64,000 nt of DNA, taken from the NCBI GenBank assembly GCA_951406725.2, contig OX597829.1, forward strand, positions 20,894,001 through 20,958,000. The letters run 5' to 3'. The position numbers were made by a program, and so were the translations under genes. Below the pieces are notes generated by a model. That model was not told the DNA's origin and searched no databases. It was given only the letters and a program-made list of their open reading frames with translations. Positions within the stretch are counted from its first letter, which is position 1, and the number at the start of each line of letters is the position of its first letter. The stretch is from Octopus vulgaris (Eukaryota). Positions 52,375 through 64,000 of the stretch are shown in pieces.

Positions 52375-53010
52375 AACCATGATGGAGTTTGCAAGTAACT
52401 AATAAGATATTTCCTTTCATGTAGGCTTGAGTCTAAAACCTTGCTCTTGCAGTTTAGGCAAGTATCTGAGTGAAGAGAGTTCTTCAATATAGTTCTTTTC
52501 TCAGTCAGGCATAGCCTGTACCTCCTATTACTATTTAAGCAGAGTTTGCACTTCTCAAGCACTTTCTATTTGATGTAATCTATGGTGCTTTCTTTCAATA
52601 ACCATACATACCTAGCCAAGGCTGCAATATCGTGCCTTTCCTGGATATTAAAGGAGGATTTATGCTTGTTAGATCTGGCTCTGAAAGAGACTTCTGTCAT
52701 GCTCATGTACTTCTACGTTTCTCTGTCCACTGGTGTCTTTTGACATCACTCCTATCTCATATATGATGGTCTCTATGTTTCATTGGTTGTTAAGGGAACA
52801 TATGGTCTTGCCTCAGTATGAACATTTTAGGCCTGCTACTATTTCTTTATACTTAATGCACAACTAAAAGAAATTCTTAAAGTATGTCTATTAAATATTT
52901 TATGGAACCTATTTGTGAAGGGGAAAGTGTTTATCTACTAATTTAAGACAGATCTTATCTACATGATTTTACATTTAGGGAGAAGGGTGTATGGAATACA
53001 AGACTTTCCA
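52375..53010 (-). mobile_element. Decayed Penelope-like element (post-RT region and GIY-YIG endonuclease)
   Basis: With frameshifts: FHTPFSLNVK, LVDKHFP, FHKIFNRHTLRISFSC, YMSMTEVSFRARSNKHKSSF...ALARYVWLLK, RLCLTEK...LNCKSKV...LHERKY. Confidence 0.75.
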
Positions 53011-53469
53011 GCAACATTTTCTCTTAATGGGCTATTTATTGTAGCTTTATTCTTCTTGTACAGATCCTACTCTCTTTTTACTCTTTACTCTTTTACTTGT
53101 TTCAGTCATTTGACTGTGGCCATGCTGGAGCACCGCCTTTAGTCAAGCAAATCGACCCCAGGACTTATTCTTTGTAAGCCTAGTACTTATTCTATCAGTC
53201 TCTTTTGCCGAACCGCTAAGTTACAGGGACATAAACACACTAGCATCAGTTGTCAAGCGATGGTGGTGGGGACAAACACAGACACACATATATATACATA
53301 TATACAATGGGCTTCTTTCAGTTTCCATCTACCAAATCTACTCACAAGGCCCGAGGCTACAGTAGAAGACACTTGCCCAAGGTGCCACGCAACAGGACTG
53401 AACCTGGAACCATGTGGTTGGTAAGCAAGCTACTTACCACACAGCCACTCTGTTTATCATTTTTGAAAT

Positions 53470-54250
53470 CTGAATAAACTTTATCTTTTTTCCAGACATA
53501 TGATGATAAACTGCCAAGTAAAAAAGAATTGAACATTTTTGACATCTGCTTCCCTTCATGTTCAACCAAGATCCTAAATTTGCCAAAGCAGCCAAAAGAC
53601 ATTTGTGCTGTGTGTAGAGAAAGTGCTATTACTGAAAGAACTGCACAGAAATAGTTTTCAGACTTCAAGCAGGGGAATTCAACCTCACAGACTCAACATT
53701 TTTTGGTCAACCAGTTCAGTTAAGTGAGGATAGATTGAACCAGCTTATTCATAATCCATAGGGAACTGACACAACAGATGAAGTGCTCTCACGATACCAT
53801 CATCTGACACCATCACTCTATGGGTCAGGTCCAAAAAACTCAGTTCATTGATTCCATACATTCTGAATGAAAGAGATGAACTCTGGCACTCCTCCATGGC
53901 CACCAGTTTGCTCTCTCGACACCAGTCTACTTGGACACAAATGGAGATTTCTTTACTGTATCATTACAGGTGATGAAAGATGGTGTCTTTGCATCAGTAT
54001 GAAACAGAAAAAAGAATGGATAAATCTAAACAAGCAAATAACACCTCCAGCCAAACCAGAGGTGCAAACATGCAAGACAATGATTAGTGTTTGGTGGGAT
54101 TGGGAAGGGCTAATTCACTATGAAATGCTTGGAAACAACCATATGACTAATGCAAATCTTTATGTTCAGTAAATGCACTGATGCAATGAAGCAATTCAGC
54201 TGAAACGACACAAGTGTCAATCGGGTGAGCATCTTCAACATGGCTGTGTT
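53470..54250 (+). mobile_element. Decayed mariner transposase fragment
   Basis: IITGDERWC...KTMISVWWDWEGLIHYEML...NANLYVQ. Confidence 0.85.
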
Positions 54251-54609
54251 CAACCACACATCACTAATTTCAGTTTCTGTCTACCACATCTACTCACAAG
54301 GCTTTTGGTCAGCCAGAGATCATAGTAGAAGACACTTGCACAAAATGCCACGCAATGGAACTGAACCTGAAACCATGAGGTTGGGAAGCAAACTTCTTGC
54401 CACACATCCATGCATTGAAGAATTTTAGCTGAATGAATTGACACTGGTACTTACTTTTTAAAGCCTGGTACTTATTCTTTTAATCTCTTTTGCCAAACTG
54501 CTAAGTTATGAGGACATACACATACCAACACTGGTTGTCAAGTGGTGGTGGTGGTGGACAAAAACAGATACTAAGATACACACACACATACACACAGATA
54601 ATATATGTA

Positions 54610-54662
<53 letters not shown>

Positions 54663-55010
54663 AGATAGGGGTTGAAAATTCAACCCACCATGGGATAACA
54701 TATATCCAATATACTGCTAGAGAAGTACCCAACAATACTAATACATAAATGTTAAAAATTGCCATGCAATTAATTCATCTACTGTATTATGTGGGCAAAG
54801 GTAAAAATATTACCGTGAATTAATACTACAAAATTAGAAAATGGAGAAACATACGTAAATCAATCAAATATCAACCATCAGATGATACCCAATCAATACT
54901 TTATTACACCATTATATAACAGTAAAGGCATTATACAAAAAATATATAGTAAATATAATTAGACAATGAAATAGACATATAAAATATAAAATATAATATA
55001 TAATTATAAC

Positions 55011-55126
55011 ATATCTGACAGCTGTTTCAGCCGTAAGGGCAAGCATGCCTCATTTAACCTATAAGCCATATAAGGCAGGTATAAATGAGACATTAACAAG
55101 GATGCCCCACGGCCTCTTCAGAGAAT
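55011..55126 (-). ncRNA. Type I hammerhead ribozyme motif (mirror copy)
   Basis: On the minus strand: CTGAAGA at 55121-55115, GAAAC at 55028-55024, agct, GTC; one C>T in stem II gives a G-U pair. Confidence 0.72.
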
Positions 55127-55356
55127 TTAATTTATTATAAGTGTGAAAAAAATATATATATATACATATTAATATAATAATATAAAATAAAAAAACAAAA
55201 TATATCAATATTGATACTACACATATATATATTTTAATATTATTAATTAATGTGTATATATATATATGTGATAGTATTTTGTTCTATGCACACGTTTATA
55301 TTTTATATTTTTATATTTATATATATAAAAATTTTTTCACACTTATAATAAATTAA

Positions 55357-55472
55357 ATTCTCTGAAGAGGCCGTGGGGCATCCTTGTTAATGTCTCATTT
55401 ATACCTGCCTTATATGGCTTATAGGTTAAATGAGGCATGCTTGCCCTTACGGCCGAAACAGCTGTCAGATAT
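55357..55472 (+). ncRNA. Type I hammerhead ribozyme motif
   Basis: CTGAAGA 55362-55368; stem II ggccgtggggca / tgcccttacggcc enclosing a ctcattta/taaatgag hairpin; GAAAC 55455-55459; palindromic acagctgt stem III; GTC 55464-55466; short stem I tct/aga. Confidence 0.75.
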
Positions 55473-55899
55473 GTTATAATTATATATTATATTTTATATT
55501 TTATATGTCTATTTCATTGTCTAATTATATTTACTATATATTTTTTGTATAATGCCTTTACTGTTATGTAATGGTGTAATAAAGTATTGATTGGGTATCA
55601 TCTGATGGTTGATATTTGATTGATTTAAGTATGTTTCTCCATTTTCTAATTTTGTAGTATATATATATATATATATATTTACACACACATATATCGTTTG
55701 TAAAAAACATAAATTCGAAAGAAGCACACTCTAAGATGTAGAGCAGTATATATTAAAAATGGAGAAAGCCAGTTTATGGGATTATCTTAGGTTTCCTGCT
55801 CCTGAAGGGGTTTAACTTTATGGCATACCGTCAGATCCCAAAGACTTGTTGACCCAGGACCTTTTAAAAACCTCCATATTTTAAAGAGGTCTTGGCCAA

Positions 55900-57350
55900 C
55901 AGGTTTTTATCAAAACTTCCTGTCTAATGGCTCCACCCATCTTTCATCTCTTGGACCAATAGCTTATAGTCAGATTGCACCATCACAGCATGTGATGTAT
56001 TTATGAAGCACTTTCTACCTAAATTTCAATGTTTGGTGTTTCCCAAGGTTTGGCTTTTTTCCTTGTTCTCTTTGTTCTTTACTTCAATGACCTGCTTGCC
56101 ACCATGTTCAACAATATACATTCTTATGCAAATATCCTTCATTCCTATTTCCAGCCATACACCAAACCTGCACTGGCTCCATGAACAAAGATATTGAGCA
56201 CATTCTCCAGTAGGGCTTTGTTGAGGTGTCTCTTAAGAGAGAAAAAAACCCCAAAACAACTGCACTACATATTACCCTTAACACAAGTGGCTCCTATCTA
56301 GATTCCACATTGTTGTTCCAAATGCTAGGCCTTACTATCACTAAGGACTTTTGGTGAAAGCACATCCTTAACATAGCTAGGAATACATCCCTTAAACTGG
56401 TTCTTCTCTTTAGAGTCAGAAAATATTTCAGTTCTCACAACAGTTTTCAACGTTTTACAAGGCTCAAGTGACATCCACAAAGAAGTACAGATCCAACTTC
56501 TGGAATGGTGTTGCTGCTACAGACATGCTGGACTGCATTCAGAGAAAGAGGGCAACTTGACTGATTAGTATTTAGTTACAAATGCACACACTCAATCTAA
56601 CAGGCATGTTCTCTTCCCCTCCCCTCACTGTCTTTTCTATCACTATTATAATGGTCAATCTCTCATCAACTTCTTCAAGTACCACTTGAAAAGGAAAGTG
56701 AGAGTAGAGAGGCAAGTTTTGTCTAGCGAATGTTTTAAAAAAAGATGGGTGAATGTAGCAAGGATGGCACGTATGAATGATGAAGCCACCTTGAGCATAA
56801 TCCTATGAACCCAGAAATTGAAAACAGAGGGTTATCCAGGTTACCGTGGTCTTTTTCGTAGGCTTTTCTTTCCACGGATAAACCTTATCTGCTTCCCCCT
56901 TTACACCGTACATCATGACACTGTGATACACGATCCCTATTGATCGTTTTTTTCCCTCTTTTTTTCTTTATTCCCTTTTATGATCCCTTTTGATCGAAAA
57001 CCTACGCCACTTTTTTTTTTCATCCCCAAAAAGAAAAGCTCTACCTTGTAATTTGTCTCATCTGTGTGCAGCCCTGTGTGGCCAATAAAGAAACTTATCA
57101 CTATTATAATGGACTGTTATCTGAAGCTGGCTGGTCTCATAAACCCTCCACTCAGACACTTCTAACCCAGTTGTCTCCCCAGCTGTCATTCCATAATAGC
57201 ACCACACAGCCACTGTACCCAGTTCCTTACCCTCCAGAACATCATCACTTTGGAATCTTCTCCCTCCCTAAGTCTGCCCTGCATGTTCCATTTCAGCTTT
57301 CTCACAGATTAAATAGAACATTAATAGCATCAAACTGCCTCTTCTTTCAA
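55900..57350 (+). mobile_element. Ancient LINE (CR1/Jockey-like) RT 3' remnant
   Basis: FYKAQV...LDCIQR-like segments and YHYYNG; heavily decayed. Confidence 0.5.
56655..57095 (+). mobile_element. 5'-truncated L1/Tx1-like element with 17-bp target-site duplication
   Basis: tatcactattataatgg at 56638-56654 and 57096-57112; open C-terminus QSLINFFKYHLKRKVRVERQVLSSECFKKRWV...IIL*; AATAAA just before the 3' end. Confidence 0.75.
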
Positions 57351-57507
57351 GCTCAAGAAGTGAAAAAAAAATGAGCATGGTACTTCAAATGAATGACCAT
57401 CTAGCACCGAATCCCTTTATTGAAGATGTTGATACTTGTAGAATTTTCAGTGTTTAAACATCAGTTTTCTCTTTTTTGACATGCAGCATATCAAGCTTCT
57501 TTTTTAA

Positions 57508-57717
57508 GCTTCTAGCATTCAAACTGGCCAAATCCAGCCGCAATATTCTCCCTGTTTTATGTTCAAGCTGGCCAGATCCAGCCACTCACACATACCCTAC
57601 AATGTCATTCTAAAAACTTCACTGAAACCTTAGAGCTATGAGATAATACATGATTGATTCACAACAATGTGAGTAAATAAATATTACACTTGACAGAGTA
57701 ATCTGAATGCTAAAGGG
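57508..57717 (-). mobile_element. Single copy of the TTAA/ccctttagcatt MITE
   Basis: Reverse complement of the unit arrayed at 60275-61153. Confidence 0.7.
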
Positions 57718-57902
57718 TTGAACTACAGCTTTGAAGCCCACCATCCCATAATTTTTACTCATCATTTCTTCCTCTACCATCATTGATTCTAGTAAGAGCA
57801 CAAAACAACTTTCGTCTTCTCATTACCCATTATCTATACTGGTACAGTTATTTCTGCCACACACTTTGACTGATAAAAACTGTTGGTTACAGCTAGTCCA
57901 CA

Positions 57903-58285
57903 TCTTTATGTATAAAAGAGAGGTTGTGTGTCTGTCTCCTACGATTTAGATTCCTAACTACTCCCACATTTTGCGGTGCAGTTTAACCAAAACCGGGTAT
58001 CTTATAGTCGTGATTCATATCGAGCCCTTCTGGGTATTAGCGCGCGTCTACAATGAGTCCACGATTTAAAAAAAAATTTACCATCATTTTTTCCATTTTT
58101 AATGCATTTTTGGCATATATAACTCTCTAAAAATTTATTATTAAATCTCAGAACGTAAAAAGCTACAGTAACACCCCCCCTTTGTGGTTAGCCATATTGA
58201 GATGGCTATTATACTTTACATCTCTAAAAATGCTTATATAGTTATTTCCCTTACAAACCTGAGCAACGCCGGGCGATACTGCTAG
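57903..58285 (+). mobile_element. Non-autonomous Helitron-like element
   Basis: A|TC start; 3' cctgagcaacgccgggcgatactgCTAG|T. Confidence 0.75.
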
Positions 58286-59359
58286 TTGTATATATTCCTC
58301 CCTGGATGGGGCGCCGGTCCATCACAAGGTTTACTCATTTTTACCTACTGAACACACTGCAACAACACAAAATGAAGTGTTTTACTCAAGAGCACAACAC
58401 ATCACCCATTCTAGGAATAGAAACCACAATCTTATGATCACAAGTCCAACATAACCATTAAGCTACACATCTCCACTTTCGGTCAGTTTCCTGGTTTCTG
58501 TGGCACATATATTTCCCCACTGGACAGGACACCAGTCTGTCACAGGATTACTCATTTTTACCAAGATGAATGGACTGGAGCAACATGAAATGAAATGATT
58601 TGCTCAAGAGCACAACACATCACCCAATCCAGGAATCGAAACCACAATCTTACAATCTCGAGTCCAACACCCTAACCACTAAGCCTCCACAATATACTTA
58701 ATGATCAATTACCAACTTTTTCCAGTTGTGTTCTGCCTTGCCTATAGGTATATATTAGATACCTAATGGATTATGCTTGCATTATTTCTTTCAAGCATTG
58801 GCTTTCATTTATCTGCCCTCAATATTTATATCTCACTATCATACAGCACTACACTTTTTTTCTTCATCGTGATCCATATGTTCTGCCTTTGCATAGAAAG
58901 TGGAACACTTTACTATCAGCGATAGTTATCTTTTACTAGTTTCAGTCATTGGACTGTGGTCATGCTGGGGGCACCACCATGAAGGGTTTAGCAGAATGAA
59001 TCGGCTCGAGTACTTAGTCTTTTTTTTCCTAAACTTAGCACTCATCCTATTGGTCCTTTTTGTTTGCTGGACCACTAAATTATGGGGATGTAAACAAACC
59101 AACATTATTTGTCAAGCCATGGTGGGGGACAAAGATAATACAAAGACACACACAATGAACTTCTTTCAGTTTCTCTCTATTAAATCCATCCACAAGGCTT
59201 TGATTGACCAGGGGTTATAGGTTTTGTGCAGCAGGACTAAACCTGAAATCAGATGGTTAGGAAGCAAGCTTCTTACCTACACAGCAAAGACTGCACCTAA
59301 ATAGTTAAATTTCTTCTACCTTATTCCATGCATTTTTTTCCCTATTATAATTACCTTAT

Positions 59360-59772
59360 TCTCTTTACTCTTTTACTTGTTTCAGTCATTTGACTGCGGC
59401 CATGCTGGAGCACCGCCTTTAGTCGAGCAAATCGACCCTGGGACTTATTCTTTGTAAGCCCAGTACTTATTCTATCGGTCTCTTTTGCCGAACCGCTAAG
59501 TGATGGGGACGTAAACACGCCAGCATCGGTTGTCAAGCAATGCTAGGGGGACAAACATAGACACACAACCATATACACATACATAAATATATATATATAT
59601 ATATACATATATACGACAGGCTTCTTTCATTTTCTGTCTACCAAATCCACCCACAAGGCATTGGTCGGCCCGAGGCTATAGCAGAAGACACTTGCCCAAA
59701 ATGCCACACAGTGGGACTGAACCCGGAACCATGTGGTTGGTAAGCAAGCTACTTACCACACAGCCACTCCTG
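59360..59772 (-). mobile_element. Well-preserved SINE family A copy
   Basis: Head ggagtggctgtgtggtaagtagcttgcttaccaaccacatggttccgggttcagtccc, internal (TA)n, tail gactgaaacaagtaaaagagtaaagag. Confidence 0.85.
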
Positions 59773-60274
59773 TAAATTAAGTACTAATTTACAGCAAATA
59801 TCAACCATGCTGAGTGAGTCATTTAAGCAAGTTATGGAATGAATACTAAGAGGATTGTTATTCCCATCCATTTAGCACATTTGAAGTTTCGGCTCTTTAT
59901 CAAAGCACTCAAGAACCTTATGCATCTTTTACATTACCCATTGGTTGCAGCTTCCAAAATACTATATAAGGCGACCTTTTTGGTACATTAGCTTTTTTTT
60001 TTTTCTGGTGGTGGGAAGAGGGATGGTAACTCTTCTTCCAATATAATTGAAACATTTCCTCTAGCTACTTGGCAGATTAAGAAATGAAGTTTCACCCCGA
60101 CCCCACTCTCTCCCTGTATATCAATTTTTGTAAAGACCTGCCCAAAACTTCCTGCAATATTAACTCAGTTATCGTGAGATAAAGAATACTGCTGAGGTCA
60201 GATCCTGGTGACACCTACCCATATTGTGAGTTGAATGAATTTGCTGCCGAATCTGATCTTACCATATTTCTCTT

Positions 60275-61153
60275 TCACTTAAGCATTCACATTATTATGT
60301 CAAATGTAATGCTTATTTATTCACACTATTTTGAATTAAACCTGTATTATCTCATAACCTTCAGATTTCAATGATGTGATTGCCTATTTTAAGAATGACA
60401 TTGTAGGGTAGGAGTGAGAAGCAAGAGTTGGTCAGTTTGAACATAAAAAAAGGTAAAATATTTGAGCCGGATATGACTGGTTTAATCTTTTAGCATTCAA
60501 ATTATTCTGTCAAATTTAATGTTTATTTATTCACAATGTTTTGAACTAATCATGCATTATCTCATAGCTTCGAGATTTCAATGATGTGATTGTTTATTTT
60601 TAGAATGACATTGTAGGGTAGGTGTGAGAGGCCAGATCTAGCCAGTTTGAACATAAAAAAAAAGTAGAATATCTGGGCTGGACATAGCCAGAGTATTTTG
60701 GCTAGATATGGCTGGTTTAACCCTTTAGCATTTAGCTTACTCTGTTAAATGTAATGCTTATTTATTCACATGGTTTTGAATAAATCATAGCTTATCTCAA
60801 AGCTTTGAGATTTCAATGATGTGATTGTTTATTTTTAGAATGACATTGCAGGCTAGGTGTGAGGAGCTACAGTTGGCCAGTTTGAACATAAAAAAGGCTA
60901 AAATATTTGAGCTAGATATGGTTGGTTTAACTCTTTAACATTCAGATTTCTGTCAAATGTAATGCTTATTTTATTCGCTTTGTTTTGAATAAATCATGGC
61001 TTATATCATAGCTTCGAGATTTCAATGATGTGATTGCTTATTTTAAGAATGACATTGTAGGGTAGATGTGAAAGGGTGGATTTAGCCATTTTGAACATAA
61101 GAAAGATAGAATATTTGGGCCAGATATGGTTGCTTTAAATGTTAAAGGGTTAA
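60275..61153 (+). repeat. Head-to-tail array of four ~210-235 bp MITE-like units
   Basis: Units start near 60275 and at TTAA 60482, 60717 and 60927; the array ends aatgttaaaggg-TTAA at 61153. Confidence 0.85.
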
Positions 61154-64000
61154 AAGTATTTTCAAACCATTCATTTACATCTTGCATTTTCAGTAATCAC
61201 CAGGCTATAAAATGTGGAGATTCTTCAGACAGACAAATGCAAAAGAAAGTAGCTTATTCTTAGTTAAGAGTTCTTCTGACAATTGTCTCCTTAAAATATG
61301 ACATCTGTCTTTTCTAAATGCATAAATTTTACTGATAAGTTCAAAACATAAACATAAAAATGAAAAAGATATAAAATAAATAGCTTTGAAAAATATATCT
61401 ATAAGTCATAGGATTTATTAAAAAAGATGAGTAGAAAATGCAGTTAAATAATAACTGCCTTAATATTTAATGCAAAAAATATACAAATAGTAATATTGTT
61501 GCTGTAATTTCAACACCAATTTTTCCATGAAGCAATAAAAAAGTGGTAGCAGTAACAGCTGTCACACCTTGGTACAATAATGTAATCTAAGAATGTGGAT
61601 TATAGTAAAGTATTAAGGATGACAAAAGAAGTTAACTAGCATATTCTTACTTATTGTTCACAACCTACGGCTGGTGTGATGAAAAGCTTTGAAACTTAAA
61701 ATGCATGCTTAAATCATATGTGCTCACATTCAAGTATGCAGCTGAGCAGATATGAAGCAGGAAATGACATTTACACTTGTTTATTAACAAGCAATGATCT
61801 TTTTTTTTTACAAATACTCACACATATTTTTATATAATAGATATCTTATAATTTTGAGTTTATTTTCACAGTAGGACATTTCAGTATTACTTTAAGACTG
61901 ATAAAATTAGAAGTAGAAAATAAAACAAAGGAAGAAAAATGTAAATATTAAAACAACAATGTGACCGATGAAAGATCTAATTCGTTTAGGTCGTTTTTAG
62001 CTAATCTATTATGAGTTATGTTATAAAACTGTATAAAAAAATAAAAATGTTTATTGAATTTTTAAAAAAAATATGTTCAGATCTAGAAAATATATTATTT
62101 TAATTTCATCCTAATTATGAATAATATGCCGTTATCTCAGAAATGATAATTACATTGTGACAAGTGAAGACTTGTATACTTGTTAATGTTGTTGGCTCTT
62201 TCAAATAAATTAAGCGTTGTGCATCCTAATTCTTAGTTTAAAATGTTCCACACAATGCCTAACAGTCAAATTTTCAAATGTAACTAAGGGTTAAAAAAAA
62301 TATAAAAGGATTATTATTGCTTAAACTTAGATAACTGAATGGCAATTTACAAGCATACAGATCTAGTTTAGAAGCATTCAGAGTTAGGTAAAATAAACTG
62401 CAATATTACAAATATGTGGATTTAAAATAAAATTTGACTACTACATTTGAATAACAAATTTATATCAATCATTAATAGATATTCAATTTAATTATCTCAG
62501 TTGAAGAACATTTTTCCATTATTCAGCAATTACAAATTAATCTATAAAATCAAGTAGATTTATTTTAATTTATAGGAGGTGTTTTAATGCTATTTCTCAG
62601 GTGGTTTCAGTGGTTTTCAGAATTAAATTTACTTTAAAATAATGTTTTGAAAACATCTTACAAATTTTGGCTCCAACATAAAAAAATTTGCTATATTTCT
62701 AAAGGCTTGTATATAAAGTTAGGAAACCAAGAAAGATAAACGAAAAGAAAATTTAGTTATGATTCAATTACTTTGAGAAAAGAATACACAAATTTTTAAT
62801 AATTAAACAATATATAATAATACAAGCCTTATTTATTGCTGGACATTTTATTAATTATAAAAAAAAATACTCATTTTCAAAGAATAAAAAGAGTTTGCAT
62901 ACATAGGACTCTTTCTTTTTTTATTAAGTATTCAAGAAAAATAATAAAAGTTTTATAGGTACTTTCTGTTAAATTTTGGCAAACATTTTTAAAATCCATT
63001 TAAAGAGCTTGTGTGGTTTAGATATGTATTATATTTCATTAATAAATTCTTTACATAAATACATAACTAAAGCAAAATATTATAAAAGTATCAAGCTTCA
63101 TAAAGTTTGAGTCCATTTGTACATATATGTATATATTTGTTTTGTTTATGTATGAACAGATGTGTGTGTGCATGTGTGTGTATGTATGTAAACTATGAAT
63201 ATAACCATTCTCAACAAATTATCAATCAGCAACTTCAATAATATCCTTTCATGAAATATTTATTTAAAAATCAACTGATTAATTGAAAATTTAACTGTAG
63301 TCAGAGAACATGTGCTCAATGAAAGAAGGAAAGGCTTGCTCTTTGAGGAAATGTTCTGCATAAATATTTAGAGCCAATTTAGTTCTGAATTGAAGCAATT
63401 AACCAATTTGCAATAGTATAGAATTAGACAGCTATTTTAGATTTTTACTAACAAATATAGCTATATGGATCTAATGGTTCAATGGCTTAATACTGTAGAT
63501 AAATTTAATTGTAATGTTTCATAATGAATCAAAATTTAAAACATTAAAAATGAAAATTACGTTTGAAATAAAATGGATAGTATTTAGAGCGGGAGGGAAA
63601 GGTAAAACAAAGGGTAGGGAGAGAAGATGATTGTGAAGAGATAAATAAAGAACTTTAACAAAGATTTTAAAAATATTAACAAATAATTAATTGAAACACA
63701 ATAATTTCCAATTAATATTTGTTGTTTTTATATAAAAACATAAGGTCGGTGAACAGCTCCAATCGTTATATCAATTAAGAGGAGGTCTTGTTCAAAACTG
63801 AACCCAATTGCTGGCAGAACTGTGTGAACTGGAAAACAAAACAGAATATTTATAATTACAGAAAGATTAATAAATGTACAAGTTTTTCTATAATAAAGTA
63901 TGTTATTTAGCTAAAATATGTAAAATAAACACAAAAAAATATGCAATGCACATACATAAAAATCTACCAAACAACGATAATGTTTAAGGATTTAAATATT

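Larger units (their letters stand above)
54823..55660. mobile_element. Young fold-back element: ~335-bp near-identical inverted arms, each with an intact hammerhead core
   Basis: Arms about 54823-55160 and 55325-55660 differ at only about 3 positions that I could find; AT-rich spacer; (TA)n runs nearby on both sides. Confidence 0.85.

Overview
This is eukaryotic, AT-rich, repeat-dense animal DNA. The SINE/RTE/microsatellite landscape suggests an octopus-like cephalopod genome (inference). The only host gene I can support is TDRD3 on the minus strand: seven coding exons (36586 down to 311) with canonical GT-AG junctions splice into one open 723-nt frame (241 codons, N-terminus and OB-fold), and the gene continues off the left edge. 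Nearly everything else is transposon debris: two near-full, oppositely oriented RTE-type LINEs and many 3' fragments, CR1-like and Tx1/L1-like LINE pieces, mariner, hAT and piggyBac-like remnants and MITEs, Helitron-like non-autonomous elements, tRNA-derived SINEs and micro/minisatellites. The most notable structure is four sequence-unrelated fold-back (inverted-repeat) elements, each with an outward-facing hammerhead-ribozyme core in both arms. One still encloses a decayed GIY-YIG endonuclease, which links them to Penelope-like retroelements. Repeat boundaries are approximate unless a TSD or terminus is quoted.
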